NCBI GenBank assembly: GCA_951406725.2
Contig: OX597836.1
Coordinates: forward strand, 8,928,001-8,992,000
Origin: Octopus vulgaris
Lineage: Eukaryota
Direction of reading: 5' to 3'
DNA: 64,000 nt
Shown here: one piece after another, positions 1 through 13,995 of the stretch
Position numbering within the stretch: the stretch's first letter is position 1
Layout: each line of letters begins with the position of its first letter
Notes under the pieces: generated by a model
What the model saw: only the letters and a program-made list of their open reading frames with translations
What the model was told of the DNA's origin: nothing
Database searches by the model: none
Position numbers and translations under genes: made by a program

Positions 1-68
1 CCATCCACCCGCCACTCTCTTTCGCTTCTCTCTCTCCATATATTCTAATGAAAGTACGTTGTACTTAC

Positions 69-152
69 CTCTTTAGTCACCTCCACCGCCGCCGCCGCCG
101 CTGCTGCCATCGCCGCCTTCCCCGTCTCCATCCTTCTTCCTTCAGTTTGATC
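69..152 (-). other. Candidate 84-nt internal exon (phase 0/0) of an unidentified minus-strand transcript
   Basis: Minus strand reads cataattgcag|GATCAA...AAAGAG|gtaagt. One frame is open (DQTEGRRMETGKAAMAAAAAAAVEVTKE). No partner exon or homology recognised. Confidence 0.3.
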
Positions 153-479
153 CTGCAATTATGTGTAATGGTGCATTAGAATGTAAATAAAATAAATAAA
201 TAAACAGATAGACAAAATAAATAAATAAATAAATAAATGCAACAACTATGTCTGTGTAATTAACACGTTAAATAGAGACGGGCTGATCGGTCGGTCGGTC
301 GGTCGGTCGGCTGGCTGGCTGGCTGGCTGGATGGTTGGCTGGTTGGATGGATGGATGGTTGGATGGCTGGTTGGCTGGTTGGATGTTCTCAACACTTCAT
401 TTTACCTTCAGGGCTTCAAACATATATATATATATTTACTTTTTTATTTTACAAATGAAACAAGACAATAAACATGAGA

Positions 480-785
480 CGGCGATGGTGGTGGTGGTGG
501 TGGTGGTGGTGGTGGTGGTGGTGGTGAGGGTGGTAGTAAGGGTGGTGGTGGTGGTGGCGACGATAATGATAGAAGACATGGTGGTGAGGGTGGTGGTGGT
601 GGTGAGGGTGGTGGTGGCGACGATAATGATAGAAGCCATGGTGGTGGTGGTGGTGGCAGTGGTGGTAGTGGTGGTGGTAGTGTGGTGGTGGTGGTGGTGA
701 GGGTGGTGGTGGTGGTGGTAGTGATGGTGACGATAATGATAGAAGCCATGGTGGTGGTGGTGAGGGTGGTGATGGTAATGGCGAA
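480..785. repeat. (GGT)n microsatellite with three copies of a cgataatgatagaag(c/a)catg unit
   Basis: Directly visible; source of the poly-V/T/H/P pseudo-ORFs. Confidence 0.9.
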
Positions 786-1059
786 GGTAAATAGGGAAAG
801 GTAAAAAAACAAAAATTAAACAAAAAAAACCCCCAGAAGACGTTAGTAAGCAGATTAGGATGAAAAGAAAAAAAAGAAAAAGAACTGGGTACGTTGTTGA
901 GGGAAGGCGGGGTACCTTTTTTCTTTTTGTTGTTGTTGTTTAAGTTCCCCCTTTTGTTTTTTAAATTGGTTTTTGTATATGTTTTTGCTTTGTTATCTCA
1001 AATATTTAGAGTATTTCGTAATATGTTTGTTTGCTTTTGGATTTCTCACCCCCAGCCCC

Positions 1060-1500
1060 GTTTCTCTCAGCCACCCACCCCTCTTTCTCTGTCTGTGTGT
1101 CTCTTGCTGTCTTTGTGTCTTTCTTTCCCTCTCTCTTACATTCCCTCTCTTTCTCTCTCTTATTCTTTCTCTCTCTTATTCTTTCTCTTTCTTTCTCTTT
1201 CTCTCTCTTTTTTCTCTTTTTCTCTATCTCTCCCTTTCTCTCTATCTCTCTCTCTTCCTCTCTCTTTCTCTCTCTCTCTCTCTCTCCTTTACTCTCTCTT
1301 CTCCCTCCCAATCTTTCCCTCTCTCTTACTTTTCTCTTGCTCTTTCTCTTGCTCTCTTTGTCTCTCTCTTTCTCTCTCTCTCCCCTTTACTCTCTCTTCT
1401 CCCTCCCAATCTTTCCCTCTCTCTTACTTTTCTCTCTCTCTCTCTTCCTCTCTCTCTCTCTCTCTCTCTCAGAATCTTTTCTTGTCTCTCTTCACTTCGT
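1060..1500. repeat. CT-rich low-complexity tract with an internal ~50 bp duplication
   Basis: (CT)n-derived; cctttactctctcttctccctcccaatctttccctctctcttac occurs twice (~1286 and ~1385). Confidence 0.9.
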
Positions 1501-1695
1501 CCTTCGTCTTCGGTGTCTTTTTTCCACTTTTCGCTCTTCTTAGAAAAGACATGACGAGTCAAAATGAGACGGACTTTGTGGCGGAGATGGACAGGTGGTG
1601 GTGGTGGTGGTGGTGGTGTTTGATGGAATAATTTACAAGTATTGAATTCGCCAAGAAACATTACACCCCTTTACTCTGAAAACCAGTCATGGCGG

Positions 1696-1731
<36 letters not shown>

Positions 1732-1904
1732 TCCAAAAACTGCATGACACAGACTTTCCGTTTAGGAAAAGCCCGAATACTTCAACTTAATCAGTTGCTG
1801 ACCCTTAACAAAGGTCAAACATAACCGCCCCATAAACATATATATATATACACACGCGGGCGCACATAGTCTACATGTATTGAACATGCTTTCTCATTTA
1901 TACG

Positions 1905-1939
1905 ATTGCATGTGTGTATATACTGAAACTGAAAGCCCG

Positions 1940-1989
<50 letters not shown>

Positions 1990-2023
1990 CCTCCCAACAT
2001 CGCTTGACAACCGATGCTTGACA

Positions 2024-2075
<52 letters not shown>

Positions 2076-2262
2076 CCTCCCAACATCGCTTGACAACCGA
2101 TGCTGGTGTGTTTACGTCCCCGTAACTTAGCGGTTCGGCAAAAAAGACTGATAGAATAAGTATCAGTCTTTAAAAATAAAAGTATAGGAGTCGATTCGTT
2201 CGACTAAAATTCTTCAAGGCGGTGGCCCAGCATGGCAGCAGTCTAATGACTGAAAGAAGAAA
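1905..2262 (+). mobile_element. SINE family B, 5'-truncated, with internal (TA)n and a local duplication
   Basis: Body catcgcttgacaaccgatgctggtgtgtttacgtccccgtaacttagcggttcggc and tail cagcatggcagcagtctaatgactgaaa match the full copy at 33182. Confidence 0.85.
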
Positions 2263-2263
2263 A

Positions 2264-2312
<49 letters not shown>

Positions 2313-2554
2313 GTCATGTTTCCCTCTCCTTTCTCCATCTGTTTTTCTCTGATTCTTTTCTGTGGAAGAGCACAGACTCGAAATGTCAAAGACACCCATT
2401 TTTCCCGAGCATCAAAGTTCTACGTTTAGTTTGTTGTTCTTTTGTTTTTTTTCTTTTTTGTAAAATGTTGAACTAATATATAACCACATGTGGACTGTTG
2501 GCGTTTTTTTTATTTCCTCTGTCTTCCTTTTCTCTTAGACTTTCTTCTATCTCC

Positions 2555-2591
2555 TGTTTCTGAAGAAGAGCTTTGCTCGAAACGTAAAACA
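2555..2591 (+). ncRNA. Minimal type-I hammerhead ribozyme motif (Penelope-associated type) in a short repeat
   Basis: TGTTT-CTGAAGA-A-GAGC(TTT)GCTC-GAAAC-GTA-AAACA: stem I tgttt/aaaca, intact CUGANGA and GAAA core, GUA triplet. Confidence 0.65.
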
Positions 2592-3299
2592 CCCTTTCTT
2601 GCCTTCTCTGAACGTCTTATTAATATACTGCATATATCACGTTCTCGCGTTGTTGTTTTTTCTTGTCCTTTTTCTCCATTTTTTATTAATCATATATATA
2701 TATATAAATATACTCTACACACACACATTCCTTTATATATATATATACATGTGTGTGTGTAAAGTACTTTACACTGTAAGTAGCCAAATAAACTGAAATA
2801 TCAGATGGGAGTTAAGGAAGTTTTACCAAAATACGCACCATCTGAAGGAACCAGCCCTGGCATTTTGCATGGAGAAATTTGGTATCGGCTTGGATATTAT
2901 ATCCCTCCTCTTATATATAATTTTATTATGGTAGTTTTGACTTTAAGAGTCCCTCTTCGCGTGAGGCATTTATGTATAATAATGCCCTTAATATAAATAA
3001 ATATATTTAAGAGGAATAATTGATGGATTTTTCCCTTATGAGGTTTTTCACGCTAACTACTTAATACATTCTTATAAAGATGTTATCCTATTTTTAAATT
3101 GTGTGTGTATATATATATATACACACATATATATATATATACAATATATACACGGTAGCATAACTGTTTCAGTTGTAACTTTGAAATGACTGCTTGTCTT
3201 TGTTGTAAAAAAGAAATGTCCTCTACTTAAGAGTATTGACATGTCCTACAGTTTAATGTTAAATTGTGCTTTGATACGTAACTTGAAACAAAAACAAGC

Positions 3300-3337
<38 letters not shown>

Positions 3338-3645
3338 AAAAAAATAAACATTTTAGGCTACACCCCTGAAAAGAGGTCACGTGGTTGATTGACATTGAAG
3401 TGTCTCATACTCAACACATCTGCAACACCCAATAATTCACTGCTGCGATTATGTTCATGCTTTTTTTCTTTTTTTTTTTTTACCACTGCTACGATATCGT
3501 CTGCTCCTCTCAGAAGAACTAACTGTGAAGACATCTTTTTACTCACCGAGATATTTCATCTTCATCCAACCCATCATTCACCACTTCCACCGAACAGTAA
3601 CCATTTCGAATTCCGTTTTAAATAAAACGTCAAATTTAATAAACA

Positions 3646-3689
<44 letters not shown>

Positions 3690-3765
3690 AATAATTAAGA
3701 TTCAGTTGAGGCACCAAGTCTGCCCAGTATTGTCGGCACAGCTCGAAGTTAGGTGAATAAAAAGC

Positions 3766-4027
3766 AAATAACAACAAATATATCCAGCTATCAGTGCATT
3801 ACGGCCGTTTCAAGCGGCTCCATTTAATTGATTGATGTAAACATTACATCAATTTGAAATAAACTGCTCTCCTCGGAATTGTACGACCATATATGTTGGA
3901 AATGTATATGCTCGTACGCATCCGAGGAGAGCGGTTTATTTCAAATTGATGTAATGTTTGCAGTGATCGATTAAATGGAGCCGCATGAAACGGCCGTAAT
4001 GCTGATACCTGGACATTCTTGTTATTT
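3766..4027. repeat. ~260 bp inverted repeat whose arms each carry a hammerhead-like motif (Penelope pLTR-like)
   Basis: Arms ~3766-3886 and ~3912-4027 are reverse complements. The plus arm reads gcat-CCGAGGA...GAAAC-GGCC-GTA-atgc. Confidence 0.75.
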
Positions 4028-4038
4028 CCTTTATATAT

Positions 4039-4640
<602 letters not shown>

Positions 4641-4904
4641 AGACTAAATGCACTACATAATATTTAATGATAATTTGGTTATTCAATCTGTTCCTCTTAC
4701 GACAAAACTGAAAAAAAAAACGTGACCTTTCACTAACATCTCAACATCATCAACTTACAAACCAATATGGCCGCCGTTACTTATATTCTACGTGGTTAAC
4801 GTATCGTGAGAGTGACTGCAATGGGGTTTTTTTAATCATTTCCCTTTTGAATATTTTTCGTTATTCGTTTTCACTGTTTTATCTCTAATTCATATTAAAG
4901 TTCG

Positions 4905-5600
4905 ATACATCGATTCCAGTGTTCAACTGGTACTTAGTTTATCGACCCTGAAAGAATGAAAGTTGATATTGATGGAATTTGAGCTCAGAATGTAAAGAGC
5001 CGGAAGAATTGCCGCTAAGCATTTCGTCCGACGCGCTAATGATTCTACCAGGTCGCAGCCTTTTAATAATAATAGTTTCAAATCTTGCCACACGGACAGC
5101 AATTTTAGGGGACATGGCTAAGTTGATTACATCGATCTAAGTGCTCAACTTCGACTTATTTTACCGACACCAAGCGAATATGAAGCAAAAAAAATAAGGG
5201 GACGAGTCGACTGCATCAACCCCAGTGTTCAACTGGTATTTTATCGACCCCTAAAAGTTTCATCCGAATTCATCCAGTAGTTCTTAAGATATCTTGTCCA
5301 CGGACAATCACGCGACGGAAAACAATACCTCCGCCTTCGCTAAGGTGGGGGTAATAATTTCAAATTTTGGCACAAGGCCAGCAATTTTAGGGGACGTGTG
5401 TAATTTGATTACATCAATCCAAGTGCTCAACTTCGACTTATTTTACCGATACCAAGCGAATATGAAGCAAAAATAATTAAATAAAAAATAAAAAAATAAA
5501 AATAAATCTCGGCAGATTTTGAACTCGGAGCGCAAAGAGCCGGATGAAATGCCGCTATGCATTTTTGCACGATGCTCTAATAATTCTACCAACTCGCCAG
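4905..5600 (-). mobile_element. Cluster of degenerate SINE family A copies with a local ~95 bp direct duplication
   Basis: Matches family A (aactggtactt..ttatcgaccc..gaaag..ggaatttgaactcagaa). The private variant cttcgacttattttaccga.accaagcgaatatgaagcaaaa occurs at ~5149 and ~5431. Confidence 0.8.
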
Positions 5601-5765
5601 AACTTGTTTGGCGCAATTATTGAATCGGTTGTCCAGTATGGGATTTTCCACCCACCAGAAGGCAATAATAATATTAGCGAGAAAATTAAAATTATTATTA
5701 ATGTTGCGTTGTCTGTTAACTTACGTTAGCCCCAAGTGAGCTCACATTTTAACTGGGTCTTAAAA

Positions 5766-5806
<41 letters not shown>

Positions 5807-6154
5807 CTTATTTATTTATTTATTCATTTATTATTAGATTTATTTATTTTTTATTTTTGGGGCTCCTATCAATTAATTTGTTTGGTCGTTTCGTTTTAAA
5901 TGATTAAACGGATATAAAGTGTTGTCATTGCTGCTACTGCCGCGGCTGCTGCTGCTGCTGTTTTTGCTGTTGTTTTTGCTGCTGCTGCTGCTGTTGTTGT
6001 TGCCGCTGCTGCTGCTGCTTCAGCTGTTATTCTTCTTGATGTTGTTCTTCTTCTTGTGGTTGCTTATTAGCTAAAAACACATTAATTAGGATAATGAATC
6101 TTTCTTCGTGATCACCTTGCAGGCAGCTGCTGCTGTTTGCTAAGGTCGTTGTAC

Positions 6155-6625
6155 TGTGTGTGTGTGTGTGTATCTATGTTTGTATGTGTTTATATATACA
6201 CACATACACATATACACACACATATACACATACATATACACATACATATATACACACATATATATATATACACATATACGTACACACATATACATACACA
6301 CACATATACACACTCACACATACACACTCACACATAGACACTCATACATACACACACACATTCTCACACACACTCTCACACACACTCTCACACACACTCT
6401 CTCACACACTCTCTCACACACTCTCACACACTCTCACACACACTCACTCACACACACTCTCTCACACACACACACACTCTCACACACACACACACACACA
6501 CACACATCACACACACTCTCACACACACTCTCACACACACACTCACACACACACACACTCTAACATACACTCATGCACACACATACATGCATATACACAC
6601 ACACACACACACACACACAAGTACA
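6155..6625. repeat. (CA)n/(CT)n compound microsatellite
   Basis: Directly visible. Confidence 0.95.
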
Positions 6626-6844
6626 CGCGTATGTATTTATAAGCAATAGATAAGGTGTCAAAGGAAATATCGCTAACAAGGCATTTTACGATGAGTGCTC
6701 AGACTCAATCAGCGTTAACCGGCGGGATACCGGATTCACGAAAACAAGATCCGTTTACCGGCAATAATGATATATTCGGGCTGGCGTAGGTCTAATAAAG
6801 CAAAACAGAAACTGGCAGATATTGTGAGAGATCGAATCAATTTG

Positions 6845-7050
6845 TCTTTCATTTTTTACTTGTTTCAATAATTAAATTGCAGCCATGCAGGGGCAACACC
6901 TTGAAATATTTTGTATTTTTTTGTCGAACGAATCAACTCCGGTACTTAAATTTCGTTTTATATTTATTCTACCGGTCCGTTTTGCCGAACCGCTAAGTTA
7001 TGGGGACGTAAACACACCGACATCGGCTGTCAAGCGGTGGTGGGACACAC
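6845..7050 (-). mobile_element. SINE family B, 3' half
   Basis: gccgaaccgctaagttatggggacgtaaacacacc is the reverse complement of the family B body. Confidence 0.8.
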
Positions 7051-7278
7051 ATACACACACTTGCATACACACGTACATAAACACACATATATACACATAT
7101 TTTCCTTCCTTATTTATCGTACTTTTTCCTCCTTGGTTGTAACGAGTGTGTGTGTGTGTGTGTGTATGTATTATCTGTATGTCTGTTTCAACCCAACTCT
7201 GGTTTACAACCGGTGTTACTCTGTTTGCGTCGCGGTAACTTGAAAGTTCGGCAAAAATTTTTGATAATTACTGAAACT

Positions 7279-7357
<79 letters not shown>

Positions 7358-7677
7358 ATTGACCATAGAACAAACATCAAATTCGAGTCAATGACTTTAT
7401 ATGTAACACCATGCCTCCAAACATTTGATCATATATGAATATTACCATATACGCCCAGAGTATACGTATATAAAAACACAGAAGGTAAAAGATATATATA
7501 TATGCGAATAAAGATACAGATATATAGAACGGCCCATCATGAAGGTGTATTCAATCGACTAAAAATTCTAAAGCGAGTCATGCTACTAAAAATCTAAATA
7601 AAATATCAATCGACTAAAAAAATTTTCTTACTCTCCTCAAACAAGAATACTCAAAAAAGTTCATTTTATAAAACCAT

Positions 7678-8032
7678 GTGATCGTTACCTGCGTCGGTGA
7701 TCGTTACCTGCGTCGCCTTTCTGGCACTTATGCTGGTGGCACGTGAAAAAACATTCGAGCGAGGTCATTGCCAGTGCCGCTGGATTGGATCCTGTGCAGG
7801 TGGCACATAAAAAGCACCATTTGAGCATGGCCTGTTGCCAGTAACGCCTGGCTGGCTGTTATGGCGGTGGCACGTAAAAGCACCCACTCGGAGTGGTTGG
7901 CGTTAGGAAGGGCATCCAGCTGTAGAAACTCTGCCAGATCAAGATTGGGCCTGATGCAGCCATCTGGTTCGCCAATCCTCAGTCAAAATCGTCCAACCCA
8001 TGCCAGCATGGAAAGTGGACGTTAAACGATGA
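7678..8032 (+). mobile_element. 5'-truncated SINE with three internal ggtggcacgtaaaa(a)gcacc units and an RTE-type tail
   Basis: Repeated ggtggcac(g/a)t unit followed by gttggcgttaggaagggcatccagctgtagaaac...ccaacccatgccagcatggaaagtggacgttaaacgatgat. Confidence 0.7.
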
Positions 8033-8489
8033 TAGTGAGGATGAGGAGGATGGTAGGTTGGAGTCCATTTGCGAGTAAATCTATCTATATAATATCAACT
8101 TTTATTCTTTTACTTGTTTCAGGCAATTCACTGCAGCCATGCTGGAGCACCGCCTTGATATATATATATATATATATACACTTACACATACCTGTGTGTG
8201 TGTGTGTGTGTGACTGTGTTTTCCTTAATGCACGTTTTCTGCCAAATAGAGTATTCATCTTAGCAATAAGCTTCGGGTAAATAATAGTTTTCTCTCGAAT
8301 AGGCTTCTTAATTTGCTGTTCCGTAACTTCGGCAGCGTGTTGTCAAAGAGAAAACAAAACCGCCAAAATGAAAACACGATTAGGGTGAAACTATTCCCAT
8401 AAATAATATCCATTTGAAGAATGGTGTGTTTCGCATGAAACTTGATAGTGGGAAATTAGGTTTTATTTATCGACTATATTACAATATAT

Positions 8490-9310
<821 letters not shown>

Positions 9311-9506
9311 TGGAGATGGGGAGAAATCTAGATACGTGCATAGATCTACACACGCATATACACACACAGAGGAGCTTATATTTCTACACGTGTGCATTTG
9401 GGAGTGTGTTGCACTGCCTGCACGTCTGATCAGATTACAATAGAATGAGATTTGCAAACAACGAGCATTGCTTGCATAGATTATTATTATTATTATTATT
9501 ATTATT

Positions 9507-9658
9507 AGCGGATTTCGTCCTTCCTCACGTTCTGAATTCAAACTCCGCTGAGGTTGACCTTGCCATTCATCCTTAGGGATCGATAAATTAAGTACTCTAA
9601 TGGACTGGCCCTCTCCCCCAGAATTTCAGGCCGTTTGCCTATAGTAGAAAGGATTATT
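9507..9658 (+). mobile_element. SINE family A, 5'-truncated, (ATT)n tail
   Basis: cgttctgaattcaaactccgctgaggttgacc...gtagaaaggattatt. Confidence 0.8.
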
Positions 9659-9724
9659 ATTATTATTATTAGTAGTAGTAGTAGTAGTAGTAGTAACATT
9701 TCACCCGTCTTTACTTTCTGAGTT

Positions 9725-10181
9725 GGCCGCGAGAGGGCAGGTAATTTTTCTTTGTCTAGTGGCTGTAGCGAAAGAGGTATAGTATGGTGTACCCTGTTTG
9801 AAAAGGGCTAAAGGCAGACACTTTCCCCTTTGGCCAAGCCCTCATCAACTTTTCCAAGGAAGTTGAGGGTGGAGAGGGAAGTGTTGCCTTGTCGCAAGTT
9901 TGTTGAAAGGTGGGGTGAATGTGGGAAGAATGGCCAGTGCGAAAGGACCAATTCTGAGCGTACACCTGTACAAAGAAAAAAAGGGCTCTTGCCTTGTTGT
10001 TCAGGTACCTGTGGCTTTTATGGGTTTTTCCATGAGGACCTTAAAGCGCCTCCCCTATTTGGAGTTTTTAATTGTTATATTGTTTTCATGATGTAAAACC
10101 CTTTGTATCGTCCTGTTTTTGTCATATGTTGTATGTCATTTCATGTTTTTGTATGTGAGCCCTTGTGGCTACTAAAAGAAT
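9725..10181 (+). mobile_element. 3' end of an L1/Tx1-like LINE (decayed ORF2 C-terminus plus 3' UTR)
   Basis: Frameshifted translation FLCLVAVAKEV..WCT..KGLKADTF.GQALINF..RKLRVEREVLPCRKFVERW resembles Tx1/L1 ORF2 ends. A T-rich UTR and (ATT)n tail follow. Confidence 0.55.
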
Positions 10182-10184
10182 ATG

Positions 10185-10247
<63 letters not shown>

Positions 10248-10569
10248 CCCTCGTGTATTTTGTGTCTGTGACACACTTCCACCCAACCACATGGAAAGGA
10301 ATACCATGTTAAAATATGCAAAATAATTCTCGGATGTCAAAACTGAATTGGTTCAATGATCGTATTTATTAGTACCAGAGTCGGTAGAGTGCTGGGGCAA
10401 ATATAAATTACCATAATTCTTTTTGAAGGGCGGAATAGTATATCTCGAAGCACATGCATAGAGCTATAACTACTAACATGTAAAAATCCAAAAGGAATTT
10501 CCAGCCCAATATTAGTATGCTATTTATAGCTTTATGTGTATGCTTCGAGATAGACAATTCCAAAAGAAT

Positions 10570-10636
<67 letters not shown>

Positions 10637-12119
10637 GGTCGGTTTGTTCCACTAAAGGCGGTGCATGGCTGCAGTCAAATGACTGAAACAAACAAACAAA
10701 AGTACAGGATTAACCGAAAGGTGAAGGTCTGCCATAGCTTCAGATTAACCCAAGCCTCAATAGATGAAAACCGCACGAAGCTATTTGGATAGATTAACCT
10801 TCTTTCCTGGTGAAGTAAACCTCTCGCTCGTTGGAGCACCACAACCCGGTCAACCCCTAGGTTGTCTTTAGCGGACTTCACTTTGTTAGAAGCTTTATAA
10901 TCAGAGAATACAGTTTCCGTATCATTAGCATTTTTCTCCTTCACTGGTCTCGGAGGTTCTGCCCTATTTTTTTCTTTCTCTTTTTTTTTCCTTGACTGGG
11001 ACATTTACAAAATATTTTTTTTTATAAAAGCATCACCACAATGAGTTAACTTCATTAGTTTCGTATTTCATGTTTTCGTCACTGACTGTTGATCAAATAT
11101 CACGTATATATTTTCTTTTTGGGTGATTATAACTTAACTTTAGTATTTGTAACAAATGTTGTTTGCATTAAAACCTTTGAATATTTCTTAATTCTGGTTT
11201 GGGAATATTATTTTCGCCTTATGCTTAATTCAGTAAAAGTAGACAACGCGAGGAAAGTTTAAGAAATAAGCTTAACACACCACCCGTGGCCCAAAAGTCT
11301 TGCCCAGTACGAGATTACTACTTATGCATTGAAAGTATATCTCTTTTCTACACTCGGCACAAGAGCTGGAAATTTTGGTGGAGGGATCCAGTCGATTAGA
11401 CCGACCCCATTACACTTGGGGTCATTAAAAATCACAATGCAAGGAAGAACCTACGGATTGGTACTAGGCTAGACTTATCGCCAGGGAAGATCTGGGAACA
11501 ATAGTGGCTCAGAGGTGGTTCCACTCTCCTCAAAATTCTGGAACTCCTGTATTAGGGGCCTCCACTACCGGATGCAGTTTAGTCTTACCCAGGGGTTCCC
11601 TTACAGCCAAAACACTTTCGGGCAGGTATTGATCTACAGTTATTTAAGCTTTCGATCATATCCAGCTCCTTAGTCTGAAATAATGTATTTAAAAAAAGGA
11701 TAGAAAGCAGAAGCCCTTCTTTCCCAACAGAATCCAGGTTGGCGAACAGATCAGTGGGTTTCCCAGAAGAAGGAAAGGGTAATTTTTTCTCTCTTCCTTC
11801 CTTCTTTTCTCTCCTTCGTCATTGTAAACCGTGACTCGTCTTCAGTGTTGTTGCGATCGTTGATATTTTTATTGCTAGTGTTGTTGTTGTGGTCATCCCT
11901 GATCGGTTAGACATGATTCAAGACACTCCAATAGTGACCATAGTATTTTCCCCTATAAACAGGCAATCTGGGACTTCATTAAAAAAAAACTTCCCGTGTC
12001 TTCAACAGTAAAATGTGATTTCAAGTCATTTTGGTTGCTGTTTCTAGCATATCTAATGACTACGTAGAGGCTTCCTAGAGATTTCCTTAATAGTGTTTTC
12101 AAAAAAAAAACTGATCAAA

Positions 12120-12352
12120 GGTCCTTCCTGAGCCAGAGGCTCATAAAGCTAGTTTCCCGGATTATGCGGCATGTATATTCCCTCCTGGACATGACGCCAG
12201 TCCATCGCAGAACTACTCATCTATGCCAGCTAAGTGGTATTCAGCAACGTGGTATGAACTGTTTTGCTCAAGAACACAACGCATCAAGTGTAAGAATTGA
12301 ACCTCCAATCTTAAGATCACGAGAACAACATTCTAATCACTAAGCCACCCGT
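12120..12352 (-). mobile_element. SINE family C, degenerate
   Basis: gacgccagtccatcgcag...ttttgctcaagaacacaacgc...cactaagccac matches the copy at 52594-52842. Confidence 0.75.
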
Positions 12353-12415
12353 CCCAGGTAAGGCGGTGTTTCTTACCCTAAGGTTCGGGCAGTATTTCTT
12401 TAACTGGCTGTGCTG

Positions 12416-12478
12416 CTTTCCCTGGTGGTGTTTCTTTCCCTGGTGGTGTTTCTTTCCCTGGTGGTGTTTCTTTCCCTA
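12416..12478. repeat. 18-bp tandem repeat (ctttccctggtggtgttt) x~3.5
   Basis: Directly visible. Confidence 0.9.
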
Positions 12479-12709
12479 AAGGCTCTGGAAATTTCGGGGT
12501 CTTTGAAAGGCGCACAACATAAGAAATTTTATGACATGATTAGGAATTTTTCATGGTAACCTTTCAACTTAGCGGAAAGGTCTTACATCTGTTGCTGTGG
12601 CCGCCATTTTGGCATTCGTACGTTTATATGCTTCCTCACGTGAGCATGTGTTAGAAACAGAGATTCAACATAAAAAATGTTGTTTGTTAAAATGAGAAGA
12701 CTCCAAAGG

Positions 12710-12755
12710 AAATGTGTGTATATGTATGTAAGAATGTATATATGTATGCGTATGT

Positions 12756-12806
<51 letters not shown>

Positions 12807-13235
12807 GTACGTGTGCATATGTATATACACGTGTGTATGTATATATATATGCATATGCATGTGTGTATATATATGTATGTATGTGTGTATGTATGTATAT
12901 ATATGTGTGTATGTATATATACATATTTGTATGTATATATATGTGTGTGTGTGTGTATGTATGTATATATATATGTGTGTGTATGCATATATACATGTAT
13001 GTATGTGTGTGTATGTGTGTATATATGTGTGTATGTGTGTATATATACATAAATATACATATACACACGTGTGTATTTGTATATATGCGTGTATGTTTAT
13101 ATATATATACATATGTATGTGTATATACGTGTATACATGTGTTTATATACATGTATGTATGTGCATATGTGTATATACATGTATGTATGTGCATATGTGT
13201 ATATACGTGTGTGTGTGTATGTATCTCTGTGTGTA
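12710..13235. repeat. Degenerate (TA/TG/CA) microsatellite
   Basis: Directly visible. Confidence 0.95.
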
Positions 13236-13470
13236 TTTAAACGTTTGATTTTTCTCCCTTTTGTTTTATGGAGAACAAAGATTTTTATTGCAATTTAGAA
13301 TACAAAGAAATCGTTTCACCGCCATATTGCAGGGCAATTGAGGCAGATAAGACACCGCTTTTATGACAGGTATTTCTGGCTATTTAGAGAGAATCTGGCA
13401 AAACTATTAACAACATATATATTCATGGATACGTGTATGCATACGAGAGTGTGTGTACATAAATGTGCAG

Positions 13471-13518
<48 letters not shown>

Positions 13519-13995
13519 TGCTGTGTATATATGCACGTATGTATAAACATGTTGTTTCACTTTCTTTATTGCTTATTTCAGTCATTGCCCTGCGGCCATG
13601 CTGGGTTACCTTCTAAGGCTTTGTTTTGTGGGGTTTTTTTTTAGGTCTGGTACTTATTCTATCGGTTTTTTTCTGCCGAACCGCTAAGTTTTAGAGTGGA
13701 GGGTGGGGACAAATGCTGCTTATATATGGTTTATATATGCACGAGTTTATAATATATGTCTATGTATTTGTGCATATCTGTACGTATTTCCTCAAGTCTA
13801 TATACATTAACATTACAACCTAAATATGTAGACTTGTGCATTTGTGGATTATGTACCGCACTCACACACACACACACACAGACTCATTCTGGTATTGGTT
13901 TCAGTCCTTGGACTGTGGTCATCCAAGAACTTAGTCGATAACATTGACCAAAGAAATTAATTTCAACGCGGTTATTGTTTCATATATATATATAT

